Below are positions 9,882-19,334 of a stretch of DNA of 64,000 bases, piece after piece (positions within the stretch are counted from its first letter, which is position 1; the number at the start of each line of letters is the position of its first letter). Position numbers and translations under genes: made by a program. The stretch is from assembly GCA_963666055.2 (NCBI GenBank), contig CAXWPH010000014.1, forward strand, positions 352,001 to 416,000. The letters are read 5' to 3'. The notes beneath the pieces are model-generated. The model was not told where the DNA came from, ran no database searches, and was given only the letters and a program-made list of their open reading frames with translations. The DNA comes from Acidobacteriota bacterium (GTDB lineage: Bacteria; Acidobacteriota; UBA890; WLXD01).

Positions 9882-11978
9882 TCACCACATCTCGCGCAGC
9901 TTCGCGCCCACGTCCGCCACGACCCCTCCGACCGCCGCTGCCTCGCCCTCGTCGCTTTCACCGCCAGGGGCGAGACGCTCGAACCGGTCACGGGCCTGCA
10001 CCGGTAGGAACCGGCTGATCGGCGCGTACACATGTCGGCCGCCGAGGCGGCGCTGATGCGTCACGTAGAAGCGCAACGGGTGGATGAGGTGGAGCTCGCG
10101 TTCTGCCCGCGTCATCGCCACATAGAGCAACCGCCGTTCCTCATCGATCTCCTCGGTCGTGCCGGTCGCCATGTCGGAGGGGATACAGCCATCAACGACG
10201 TTGAGCACGTGCACGCTGTCCCACTCCTGACCCTTGGCAGAGTGGATGGTCGAAAGGATCAGGTAGTCCTCGTCTAGATGCGGCGGCCCAGCATGATCGC
10301 CGCTCGCCTGCGGGGGGTCGATGATGAGCTCGCTGAGGAACCGTTCGCGATTCGGATAACGGCCGGCGATGTGCTCCAGCTGCTCCAGGTCGCCGGCTCG
10401 GACCACCGGCGCCTCATAGAGCGCTTCGAGGTAGGGCTCGTACCAGACACGAGCCCGGCCCACGTCTCCCGGCCACTGCACATCAGCACTGGCCAGCTCG
10501 ATCAGTAGCTCCAGGAGCGCCACAAACTCCTGGCGGGCGGCGGGCGGGACCTGGCATTCGCGCAGCGCCTGCCAGTCGCCGTTAGCCGCGTCGAGGTGCT
10601 CGATCACACGCTGGGCCGTCCCGGGACCGACGCCCGACAGCAGCTGCAACACGCGGAACGCCGCCGGGCTATCACGACAGTTCTGCGCCCAGCGCAGCAG
10701 GGCGAGCAGATCCTTGACGTGGGCCGCCTCGAGGAACTTCAAGCCGCCGTACTTGACGAAAGGGATGTTGCGGCGCGCCAGCTCCACTTCGAGCAGGTCG
10801 CTGTGGTGCGAGGTACGGAACAGCACCGCTTGCCGCCTGAGCAGCACACCTTCCTCGCGCCGCGAGAGGATCGCCTGGACTACGTACTGCGCCTGGGCGT
10901 TGTCATCCTCGACCGCCACCAGGCGCGGCCGCTGGTCGGAGACCTTGGTGGTGAACAAGTCTTTGGTGTAGCGCTCCGTCGCCTGCGCGATCACGACGTT
11001 GGCGGCCTCGAGAATCGGCTGGGTGGAGCGATAGTTCTGCTCCAGGGTGACCACCCTGGCAGGGGGCTCGAAGCAAGCCGGAAAATCGAGGATGTTACGT
11101 ACTGACGCGGCCCGAAATGCGTAAATCGCCTGCGCATCGTCGCCGACCACGGTGATGCCGTCGCCGCCAGGACGCAGCGCCAAGAGGATCCGCGCCTGCA
11201 GGCTATTGGTGTCCTGGTACTCGTCGACCAGCACATGATCGAAAAGCTCTGCAACGTACCCGGCAATCTCCTTTTCGTTCATCATGTGCGCCCAGTACAG
11301 CAGCAGGTCGTCGTAGTCGAGAATGGCGCGCTCCTGCTTGAGCTCGACGTAGGCGCGGAAGAGCTTGCGCAGCGACTCCTCCCACTCCGCGCACCAGGGA
11401 AAGTGTCGTCCGAGGACCTCGTCGAGCGATCGTTCGCTGTTTACCGTCCGCGAGTACACCGACATGCAGGTGCCCTTGCGCGGGAAGCGCTTGGCCCGCT
11501 CCGACATGCCGAGCTGGTTGCGCACCAGGTTGAGTAGGTCCTCCGAGTCCGAGCGGTCCATCACGGTGAACGATTCGGACAGTCCTACCGCCGGACCGAA
11601 ACGGCGCAGCAGGCGGTTGGCGACGGAATGGAACGTCCCGGCCCATTGCAGCGACGTGGCCGTCGCTCGCATCGGACGCCCCGCGGCGTCGGCGCTGCGC
11701 ACCGCAGCGGCGACGATGCGCTCGGCCCGTCGGCGCATCTCCTGCGCCGCCCGACGACTGAAAGTCAACAGCAGCACGCGCCGTGGATCGACCCCCCGAA
11801 CGATGAGCTCGGCAACGCGGTGGGCCAGGGTCAACGTCTTGCCGGAGCCGGCGCCGGCAATAATCAGCAATGGCGGCACGGCACGCAGATCGCCATCCAG
11901 CCCATACAGAACCGCTCGTCGCTGTGCCTCGTTGAGGTTGTCCAGGTGCGACGACGGTGCGCTGTTCCCCTCCTCCAT
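9882..11978 (-). CDS. ATP-dependent DNA helicase, UvrD/PcrA/Rep (SF1) family
   Basis: AGAGSGKT, VDEYQD, VGDDAQAIY, LEQNYRS, TIHSAKGQEW, EERRLLYVAMTRA. Confidence 0.95.
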   Translation of the reverse strand: MEEGNSAPSSHLDNLNEAQRRAVLYGLDGDLRAVPPLLIIAGAGSGKTLTLAHRVAELIVRGVDPRRVLLLTFSRRAAQEMRRRAERIVAAAVRSADAAGRPMRATATSLQWAGTFHSVANRLLRRFGPAVGLSESFTVMDRSDSEDLLNLVRNQLGMSERAKRFPRKGTCMSVYSRTVNSERSLDEVLGRHFPWCAEWEESLRKLFRAYVELKQERAILDYDDLLLYWAHMMNEKEIAGYVAELFDHVLVDEYQDTNSLQARILLALRPGGDGITVVGDDAQAIYAFRAASVRNILDFPACFEPPARVVTLEQNYRSTQPILEAANVVIAQATERYTKDLFTTKVSDQRPRLVAVEDDNAQAQYVVQAILSRREEGVLLRRQAVLFRTSHHSDLLEVELARRNIPFVKYGGLKFLEAAHVKDLLALLRWAQNCRDSPAAFRVLQLLSGVGPGTAQRVIEHLDAANGDWQALRECQVPPAARQEFVALLELLIELASADVQWPGDVGRARVWYEPYLEALYEAPVVRAGDLEQLEHIAGRYPNRERFLSELIIDPPQASGDHAGPPHLDEDYLILSTIHSAKGQEWDSVHVLNVVDGCIPSDMATGTTEEIDEERRLLYVAMTRAERELHLIHPLRFYVTHQRRLGGRHVYAPISRFLPVQARDRFERLAPGGESDEGEAAAVGGVVADVGAKLREMW

Positions 11979-11984
11979 CGTGGC

Positions 11985-11990
11985 ATGCTA
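11985..11990 (-). promoter_or_regulatory. Putative -10 box (TAGCAT) 6 nt before the helicase ATG; leaderless transcript
   Basis: Minus strand reads TAGCAT-gccacg-ATG, with no SD sequence. Confidence 0.4.
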
Positions 11991-12092
11991 CAACACGCTT
12001 TGGCGACATCGTGGGTCGCTGGTTGCCAACCGACGGGGCGATCGTCGCCCATCATTGCGTGGGCCCGTCGACGGGCTGGAGGCCCGCACCGC

Positions 12093-13268
12093 ATGCCAGA
12101 CAAGCGCGTCGAAGAGGCGACGTACGGAGACGCTGGCCTCTATCTACACATCCCCTTCTGCGCACGCGTTTGTCCCTACTGCGATTTCGCCGTACGCACT
12201 GGCAACGGGCGCCGGCGCGTGCGCTTCGTCGACCACCTGATCGACGAGATAGAGCACTACAGAGAGTGGACCCGGGTGATCGACACGGTCTACGTGGGCG
12301 GCGGCACGCCCTCGTGTATGGATCCCGAACAGCTGGCGAGAGTGCTCGAGTGCGCCAGCGTTCAGCTACCGATACGCGCCGACGCAATGTACACCCTCGA
12401 GGCCAACCCCGAGGACGTCAGCGTCGAATCGGCCGCCGCCTGGCGCCATCTCGGCTTCGACACCATCAACCTGGGAACGCAGTCGTTCGACGACAACGAG
12501 CTCGCCTTCCTGGGCCGCAGCCACACCGCCGCCGACGCGGCCCGCAGTGTCGAGGTGGCCCTCGACGCGGGCTTCGAGTCGGTCTCGCTCGACCTGATCT
12601 TCGGGCTACCCGATCAACGCTCCGATGTCTGGCGCTCCAATCTGCAACGAGCCGTGGCGCTCCGACCAGATCACCTCTCTTGCTATCAACTGACCCTCCA
12701 CAAAGGCACGCCAATGTATCGACGTTGGCGACGCGGCGAGATACAGGAGCTGCCCGACGCGGATCAGGCCGAGCTCTACTTGCTGGCTCACGAGTTTCTC
12801 GCCGACGCCGGCTACCGTGCCTACGAGGTGTCGAACTTCTCGCGCGCGCCGCGCTACGAATCACGTCATAATCGCAAGTATTGGGGCCATGCGCCCTACC
12901 TCGGTCTGGGCCCCTCGGCCCACTCCTTCAGCGGCGCTCGCAGTCGCTGGTGGAACCTGCGCCAGCTCAACGACTGGGAGAGCGTCATCGACAGCGGCAA
13001 CCGCCCGCTCCGCGGATCGGAACGACTGCGCCGCGAAGATCTTGCTCTGGAGGCGGTCATGTTGGGGCTGCGCACGCGCACCGGGCTCGATTGCGATGCC
13101 GTTCAGGAGCGTTGGGGGACCGACGTGTGGACGCCGAACCAGGCAACGTTCGAGCGCTTCGCCACCGAGGGGCTGGTTGTCGTACGTGGCCGTTGCGTGC
13201 ACCCGACGCCCCGCGGCATGGCGATCGCCGACTACCTGGCGCGCGACGTGACGATCCCACCGTCCTGA
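12093..13268 (+). CDS. hemW: Radical SAM heme chaperone HemW (HemN-like)
   Basis: LYLHIPFCARVCPYCDF (CxxxCxxC), GGGTPS, YEVSNF, HNRKYW, GLGPSAHS. Confidence 0.9.
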   Translation: MPDKRVEEATYGDAGLYLHIPFCARVCPYCDFAVRTGNGRRRVRFVDHLIDEIEHYREWTRVIDTVYVGGGTPSCMDPEQLARVLECASVQLPIRADAMYTLEANPEDVSVESAAAWRHLGFDTINLGTQSFDDNELAFLGRSHTAADAARSVEVALDAGFESVSLDLIFGLPDQRSDVWRSNLQRAVALRPDHLSCYQLTLHKGTPMYRRWRRGEIQELPDADQAELYLLAHEFLADAGYRAYEVSNFSRAPRYESRHNRKYWGHAPYLGLGPSAHSFSGARSRWWNLRQLNDWESVIDSGNRPLRGSERLRREDLALEAVMLGLRTRTGLDCDAVQERWGTDVWTPNQATFERFATEGLVVVRGRCVHPTPRGMAIADYLARDVTIPPS

Positions 13269-13275
13269 CCGAGCG

Positions 13276-13347
13276 TTAGCAGGCCGCCTTGCATCCGACC
13301 CCAACTCGCCACAACCAGGCCCGCCACACTTCCACCGCGGCCAGCTA
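13276..13347. repeat. Internally deleted copy of a dispersed palindromic MITE/REP-like element
   Basis: Termini TTAGCAGGCCGC / GCGGCCAGCTAA form an 11/12 inverted repeat; 13299-13336 matches the reverse complement of 58875-58912 with 1 mismatch. Confidence 0.7.
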
Positions 13348-13353
13348 ACTACG

Positions 13354-14676
13354 ATGTCCCGCATGCAAACCGGCCTGACCGGCCGCGAGATCGCCACCAC
13401 CTGGTGGCCGCTGGCGCTCAGCTGGCTCTTCATGGCGCTCGAGCTGCCGGTGGTCAGTGCCGCGCTTGCACGCCTGCCGGAGCCAGAAATCCAGCTGGCT
13501 GCCTATGGCGGCGTGGTGATGGCGTTGCTGCTGCTGGTCGAGTCGCCGATCATCATGCTGCTGGCTGCTTCCACGGCGCTGTCGCGCAACGCTGCCAGCT
13601 ACCTCTCGCTGCGCAACTTCATGCATCGGTTGAGCGCCGGGCTCACGCTGCTGCAGCTCGTCCTGGCGACCACGCCCCTCTACGACTTCGTGGTGACGCG
13701 GTTGATCGCCGTCCCCGAAGCGGTGGTCGAACCCGCCCGGGTCGGCCTGTTGATCGCGCTGCCGTGGACCTGGACGATCGCCTACCGCCGGTTCAACCAG
13801 GGAATCCTCATCCGGCACGGTGCCTCTCGCGCCGTTGGTGTGGGCACGCTGCTGCGGCTCGCGGCCAACGTCGTGGTGCTGGGCGCCGGGCTCTGGCTCC
13901 ATGGAGTTGCGCCGCAGCTCATGCCCTCGGGGGTGGCCCTCGGCAGCTGCGCGGTGCTCGCCGGAGTCGTGACCGAGGCAGCGTTCGTCCGCTGGCGGGT
14001 GACACCGATCATTCGGCAGCACTTCGACCTCGACTCCCCGGCCGGGGAGGGCATCGCTCTCGGCGAGCTCCTACGCTTCTACGTGCCGCTGGCGCTGACT
14101 TCGTTGCTGGCGCTGATCATGCAGCCGATCGGCAGCGCCGCCGTGAGCCGCATGCCGCTGCCGCTGCCATCGTTGGCGGCCTGGCCCGTGGTCGTCGGAA
14201 TAGTGTTCGTACTGCGGAGCCCGGGCACGGCGTACAAAGAGGTGGTCGTCGCGTTGTTGGATCGGCCCGACCCCGAACCGGCCCTCCGCCGATTCACCGT
14301 GTCGCTGGTACTGATCAGCTTGGGGCTGTCGCTGTTGGCGTTCACGCCGCTCAGCCACGTGCTCCTGATACGCTTCGCGGCCCTTACACCCGAGCTCGCG
14401 ACGCTGGCCGGCAACGGCCTCAAGATCGCCGTATTGCTTCCCGCCATGGGTGTGCTGCAGAACGCCTACGTCGGTGTGCTGGTGCATCGGCGCAGGACCC
14501 GCCCGATCACCGAATCGATGATCGCGTTCTTGTCGATCTCGATCACCGGTCTCATCCTCGGCGTGCTCCGAGGTGGGGTGCCGGGGATCTACGTCGCCTA
14601 CGCCGCCTTCACCGCCGGGCACGTGGCACAGCTACTGTGGGTACGCCGTGCGGTCCGACACACTGCGGCCGAGTGA
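13354..14676 (+). CDS. MATE/MOP-superfamily (ANKH-like) membrane transporter
   Basis: About 12 TM helices in two repeated halves (WWPLALSW... / FYVPLALTS...). Confidence 0.7.
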   Translation: MSRMQTGLTGREIATTWWPLALSWLFMALELPVVSAALARLPEPEIQLAAYGGVVMALLLLVESPIIMLLAASTALSRNAASYLSLRNFMHRLSAGLTLLQLVLATTPLYDFVVTRLIAVPEAVVEPARVGLLIALPWTWTIAYRRFNQGILIRHGASRAVGVGTLLRLAANVVVLGAGLWLHGVAPQLMPSGVALGSCAVLAGVVTEAAFVRWRVTPIIRQHFDLDSPAGEGIALGELLRFYVPLALTSLLALIMQPIGSAAVSRMPLPLPSLAAWPVVVGIVFVLRSPGTAYKEVVVALLDRPDPEPALRRFTVSLVLISLGLSLLAFTPLSHVLLIRFAALTPELATLAGNGLKIAVLLPAMGVLQNAYVGVLVHRRRTRPITESMIAFLSISITGLILGVLRGGVPGIYVAYAAFTAGHVAQLLWVRRAVRHTAAE

Positions 14677-14726
14677 GCTGGCAGGGCCCGGCGCAGCATC
14701 TCGGCGCGTGACGACACCGGCTGAGC

Positions 14727-16223
14727 CTAGCGGATCACGCCGACCTCGGTCGGGGCCAAGCGCACCCCGCGCGGCTGCGGCGGCTTGCCGCTGGCAACAA
14801 GCTGGTCGTACTCGCGCCCGATGGAGTACGCCGCGAAGAGCCAGCCCAGGACCAGGACCATCACGACCGCCGAGAAGCCACTGATCGTCAGGCCGAGGGT
14901 AGTGCCGGCGAACACGATGCCCCCGGCCAGCACGTCTCCGGCACGCACGCTGAAGGAGTCGGTTACCTGTTTGGCTTTGTACTTCTGCTCGCGCGTCGTC
15001 GGCAGGAAGAGCATGGCGCGCAACGTGTTGTGGAGCGAGTAGTCGGTGGCGTTTTCGAACGTCTTGCTCCAGCGAACGACGGCCAACGTCGGTACCATGG
15101 CGATCAAACCGTAGGCGCCGAGCGAATAGAGCGGCAGCAGAAGCAGACCCCAGCGGAGCCCGAGATACTTGACCACGCGTGAGGTGATGAAGAGCTGGAT
15201 CACCAGGCTCACGGTGTTCATGACGGCGGCGAAACTGGCGTAGTAGCTGCCGAGGTACTCGCCGCCGGTGAGCTCGCCGCCGGCGGCGACGGCCGCCGTC
15301 GCGGCCTCCGAGAAAGTGCGGCCGAGGATGTAGCCGCCGAGCGTGTTGACCAAATTGAGGAACAGGACCAGGACCCCGATGAGCAGCAGATACCGGGTGC
15401 GCCACACGAGCTGGAACGCCGACATCCCGCTACCTGGCTGTTCGTAGTCTTCGATGGCCTCGCCGCGCTCCTTGGCCTCGTACAGCTCACGCTCGCGCTC
15501 GGCGAGCTCCTCCAGCTCTTCGATCGTCTTTGGGGCCTGGAAGGCGCCGGTTGCGGCGATGGTGGCCGTAGTCTTGATGTCGGGCACCCCCGCCTCGCGC
15601 ATACGGCGCTCCCGCGTGTCGACAAAGTTGGTGATTAGCAGCCCAAAGAGCAAGATCACCGCCGCCACGATCATCGGGATGTAGAGGCCGAAGGGCGCGA
15701 TCAGGCCCTCGACGAACATCGCGCCGACCACCCCACCGACCGAGGCGCCAACGGCCACGATCGGGAACAGACGCTCGCCCTCGTCGCGCTTGTAGATATC
15801 GTTGGCGAACGACCAGAACTGCGCCACGATCATCACGTTGAAGATGCTGCCGAAGACGAAGAACGGTATGCCAATACCGACGCCAGCCATGCCTGCAACG
15901 GCGAACGCGACGAGCAATCCGGCGATGATCCAGGTGACGAGGCCGATCAGTCGGCGCCGCGGGAGGCGGTCGGCAAGCCCGCCGTACAAGGGAACGAGCA
16001 GGGCCAGGACGGCAACGTTGGCGACCTGCAGGTAGGTGGCCATCTCCGGGCCCCACTCGGCCGTGACGATGGCGTCCCGCGTCGGCTTGATCATCCAGTA
16101 GGAGCCGAGGATGACGAAGACATTGCTGGCCAGCAGCACGGCGGTGAGCCCCTCGCCGGGGCGGATATCCGTGAACAGCCGCAGGAACCGGTCGAGGGCG
16201 CTGCCCTGCTTACTATCGGCCAA
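14727..16223 (-). CDS. TLC/Npt-like nucleotide (NTP/NDP) exchange transporter, MFS fold
   Basis: KPTRDA, QFWSFANDIY...ERLFP, ENATDYSL, EQKYKAK motifs; TTG start with GGAGG upstream. Confidence 0.85.
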   Translation of the reverse strand: MADSKQGSALDRFLRLFTDIRPGEGLTAVLLASNVFVILGSYWMIKPTRDAIVTAEWGPEMATYLQVANVAVLALLVPLYGGLADRLPRRRLIGLVTWIIAGLLVAFAVAGMAGVGIGIPFFVFGSIFNVMIVAQFWSFANDIYKRDEGERLFPIVAVGASVGGVVGAMFVEGLIAPFGLYIPMIVAAVILLFGLLITNFVDTRERRMREAGVPDIKTTATIAATGAFQAPKTIEELEELAERERELYEAKERGEAIEDYEQPGSGMSAFQLVWRTRYLLLIGVLVLFLNLVNTLGGYILGRTFSEAATAAVAAGGELTGGEYLGSYYASFAAVMNTVSLVIQLFITSRVVKYLGLRWGLLLLPLYSLGAYGLIAMVPTLAVVRWSKTFENATDYSLHNTLRAMLFLPTTREQKYKAKQVTDSFSVRAGDVLAGGIVFAGTTLGLTISGFSAVVMVLVLGWLFAAYSIGREYDQLVASGKPPQPRGVRLAPTEVGVIR

Positions 16224-16237
16224 GCGGCCCTCCGGTG

Positions 16238-17119
16238 TCAGCGGCCAAGACGTCGTTGTCGTTGGCTGTAGGCGCGCAGCGCACGATACAGGTCGATGCG
16301 GCGGAATGCCGGCCAGTGCGTGTCGCTGAAGTAGAACTCCGAGTAGGCACTCTGCCACAGCAGGAAACCGCTCAGCCTCACCTCGCCGCTGGTTCGCAGA
16401 ATCAGGTCCGGCTCCGGCTGGCCCGACGTGTATAGGAAACGCTCGATCGACGCATCGTCGAACTCGTTCGCCATCTGCGCGAGATCTCCGCCGCGTTCGG
16501 CCTGCTCGCGTAGGTAGGCGCGGAACGCCTCGGTGATCTCCTGGCGTCCGCCGTAGGCCATCGCTATGTTGAGCTTGAAGCGGTCGTAGTGACGGGTGGC
16601 GTGCTGCACTTCCTCGATCACCGCTTGCAGGCTCTCGGGTAATAGCTCTGTCTTGCCGATGTAACGAATCCGTATCTCGCTCTCGTGAACATCGGGGCTA
16701 TCGATGAGCTCGCGGGTTCGCTCCTCGAACAGGCGTAGCAGATCGGTGACCTCCGACTCGTCGCGGTGGAAATTATCGAGCGAGAAGCTCCAAACGCTGA
16801 CTACCGGTATGCCCAACTCCTGGCACCAGCGCAACACCTCGCGCAGCTTCTCGGCGCCGCGTGCGTGTCCGAACAGCACGTGTCGGCGGCCAAAATTTCG
16901 CGCGAACCGGCGGTTGCCATCCATGATGATGCCGATGTGCCGAGGCAACTTCCAGGTATGCGCTTCGGCCGCTAGACGGCGTTCGTAGAGAGCATAGAAG
17001 GGGAGCTTGATGAGCTGCTTGGCGGCACGCCAGAGCGCCGGTATGGCGCCAACAACCGGCTCAACGAAGGATTCCTGGGGTACCGCGCTCGCTTCCGCGC
17101 GCCGGGTCGGCGATTCCAA
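16238..17119 (-). CDS. uppS: Cis-prenyltransferase (polyprenyl/undecaprenyl diphosphate synthase); start uncertain
   Basis: PRHIGIIMDGNRR, FSLDNFHR, AYGGRQEI, RTSGEVRLSGFLLWQSAYSE. Confidence 0.9.
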   Translation of the reverse strand: MESPTRRAEASAVPQESFVEPVVGAIPALWRAAKQLIKLPFYALYERRLAAEAHTWKLPRHIGIIMDGNRRFARNFGRRHVLFGHARGAEKLREVLRWCQELGIPVVSVWSFSLDNFHRDESEVTDLLRLFEERTRELIDSPDVHESEIRIRYIGKTELLPESLQAVIEEVQHATRHYDRFKLNIAMAYGGRQEITEAFRAYLREQAERGGDLAQMANEFDDASIERFLYTSGQPEPDLILRTSGEVRLSGFLLWQSAYSEFYFSDTHWPAFRRIDLYRALRAYSQRQRRLGR

Positions 17120-17229
17120 AGCAGCAACGTCCTGGGAGGGCGTAGTGTTGCTCGAAGCTGGGAGCAAGCAACGCCCGACTGGGTTGCAGCTCGACGGGAT
17201 TGTACCGCAGCTTGGCCATCTGTCGTCGC

Positions 17230-17727
17230 TTACTCGACCGGGTAGTACCAAACCCGCCGGATATGGCCGTCGCGGATCTCGTAGACAGCAAGCGAAGCCT
17301 GCGAGACTTCCTCGCCGCCCTGTATCCAGTACGCGCGCTCGCGTACCGCGACGAAGCGCCCCACGCTGAGGCGCTCCTCGATCTCCGCCCGGGCACCGGG
17401 CACAGACGCAAAGTAGGGCTCCATCGAGCGACGAAACTCGTCGCGGCCACGCAGCTCCACGCGCGTCATGTCCGGATCGACCGCGAACCACGCGAAGTCC
17501 TCCGCGAGGTTGGCCACCATGGCGTTGACGTCGTGGGCATTGAACGCAGCTAGCTGTGCATCGATCACCGCGAACGGATCGACAGGATCAGTGGCCGGCT
17601 CCGCTTGTTGCCGGGCGGCGTCGGGCTCACGTTGCTGCCCCGCTTCCAGCGGCAGGACCGGCCACGCCACAGCTCCCGCCGCTACCAGACTCATCAGCAC
17701 CCCGAGCCGAAGTGCGCGACGCATCAT
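17230..17727 (-). CDS. Secreted SnoaL/NTF2-like protein
   Basis: Signal peptide; QLAAFNAHD...YEIRDGHIRRVWY; GGAGG RBS. Confidence 0.8.
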   Translation of the reverse strand: MMRRALRLGVLMSLVAAGAVAWPVLPLEAGQQREPDAARQQAEPATDPVDPFAVIDAQLAAFNAHDVNAMVANLAEDFAWFAVDPDMTRVELRGRDEFRRSMEPYFASVPGARAEIEERLSVGRFVAVRERAYWIQGGEEVSQASLAVYEIRDGHIRRVWYYPVE

Positions 17728-17991
17728 GCCTCCGTGGTGGAAGTAAGCGATGCTGTACCGTAGCGGCCAGCCTTGTAGCAGACATATTTCCTTCTAGGGT
17801 CGCACCACACACCACTGCCTGCTAGTGCGGTCCGTCCGCTTAACGTACCCTGTTGCGACGTCGGTCACGCACTCCGGCGAGGAGGCGCGCACGAAGCGCG
17901 ACGTGCTCCGAACCTCAGGGTGTACCCTCTGGCGCGCCCGCCGACGCGGGCAGCGAGGGATCGTGCGTGTTCCCTACAAGGATCCGAGGCA

Positions 17992-19320
17992 ATGCAGGAA
18001 CTACCCCAGGTGAAGCTGGCGCCGCCGGAAGGCGGCCTCGGGATCTTGACCGTCGGAATCGGCGCGGTTTCCACTACCTTCATTGCCGGCGTGCTTGCGG
18101 TGCGCAAGGGACTGGCTCAGCCGATCGGCTCTCTGTCGCAGATGGGAACCATCCGCCTAGGCAAGCGCACAGAAGGGCGCGTACCGACGATCAAGGAGTT
18201 CGTCGGGCTGCCCGAGCTCGACGATTTGCAGTTCGGCGGCTGGGACATCTTCGAGGACAACGCCTACGAAGCTGCGATGAACGCCGGCGCCCTCAACAAG
18301 GAAGATCTCGAGAAGGTCCGCGACGAGCTCGAAGCAATCCGACCGATGAAAGCAGTCTTCGACCAACGCTACGTCAAAGCGTTGACCGGCACCTGGGTGA
18401 AGTCCGGCGGCAGCCGCTGGGACTACGCAGAGCAGATCATCGCCGACATCCAGGCGTTCAAGGACGCCCACGGAGTCGACCGGGTAGTAGTGATCTGGTG
18501 CGCGAGCACCGAGGTCTTCCTGGAGCCCAGTCGTGTCCACCAGTCGCTGGAGGCGTTCGAGGAGGGCTTGAAGAACGACGATGAGGCGATCCCGCCGAGC
18601 ATGGTCTATGCATACGCGGCGCTGAAGATGGGCATCCCCTACGCCAACGGGGCCCCCAACCTCAACATCGACATCCCGGCGCTCACGGAGCTGTCGAAGC
18701 AGACCCAGACACCCTTAGCCGGCAAAGACTTCAAGACCGGCCAAACACTCATGAAAACGATCCTGGCGCCGGGCCTCAAGGCGCGGCTGCTGGGCGTCAG
18801 CGGCTGGTTCTCGACCAACATCCTCGGCAACCGTGACGGCGAGGTACTCGACGATCCGGGCTCGTTCAAGACCAAGGAAGAGAGCAAGCTCGGCGCGCTC
18901 GAGTACATCTTGCAGCCCGATATCTACCCCGACCTGTACAGCGACATCTATCACAAGGTGCGGATCAACTACTATCCGCCGCGTGGCGACAACAAGGAGG
19001 GGTGGGACAGCATCGACATTTTCGGGTGGCTCGGCTACCCGATGCAGATCAAGATCAACTTCCTCTGCCGCGACAGCATTCTGGCGGCACCGATCGTTCT
19101 CGATCTGGCGCTCTTCCTCGACCTCGCCAAGCGTGCCGACTTCGCCGGCATACAGGAGTGGCTGTCGTTCTACTTCAAGGCGCCGATGACACTTCCCGAG
19201 CTGTACCCGGAGCACGACATCTTCATCCAGCTGATGAAGCTGAAGAACACGTTGCGCTACATGAAGGGCGAAGAGCAGATCACTCACCTGGGCGCCGACT
19301 ACTACGAGGGTTATCGCTAG
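17992..19320 (+). CDS. ino1: myo-inositol-1-phosphate synthase
   Basis: GIGAVSTT, GGWD, GKDFKTGQT, NILGNRDG, GDNK, CRDSILAAP, SFYFKAP. Confidence 0.95.
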   Translation: MQELPQVKLAPPEGGLGILTVGIGAVSTTFIAGVLAVRKGLAQPIGSLSQMGTIRLGKRTEGRVPTIKEFVGLPELDDLQFGGWDIFEDNAYEAAMNAGALNKEDLEKVRDELEAIRPMKAVFDQRYVKALTGTWVKSGGSRWDYAEQIIADIQAFKDAHGVDRVVVIWCASTEVFLEPSRVHQSLEAFEEGLKNDDEAIPPSMVYAYAALKMGIPYANGAPNLNIDIPALTELSKQTQTPLAGKDFKTGQTLMKTILAPGLKARLLGVSGWFSTNILGNRDGEVLDDPGSFKTKEESKLGALEYILQPDIYPDLYSDIYHKVRINYYPPRGDNKEGWDSIDIFGWLGYPMQIKINFLCRDSILAAPIVLDLALFLDLAKRADFAGIQEWLSFYFKAPMTLPELYPEHDIFIQLMKLKNTLRYMKGEEQITHLGADYYEGYR

Positions 19321-19334
19321 CAGCACCCGCCTCG

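Noticed and set aside
12093-13268. Radical SAM enzyme as maturase for the Cys-rich peptides
   Set aside because: Typical HemW motifs, no SPASM or RRE domain, and 7 kb away in a different context.
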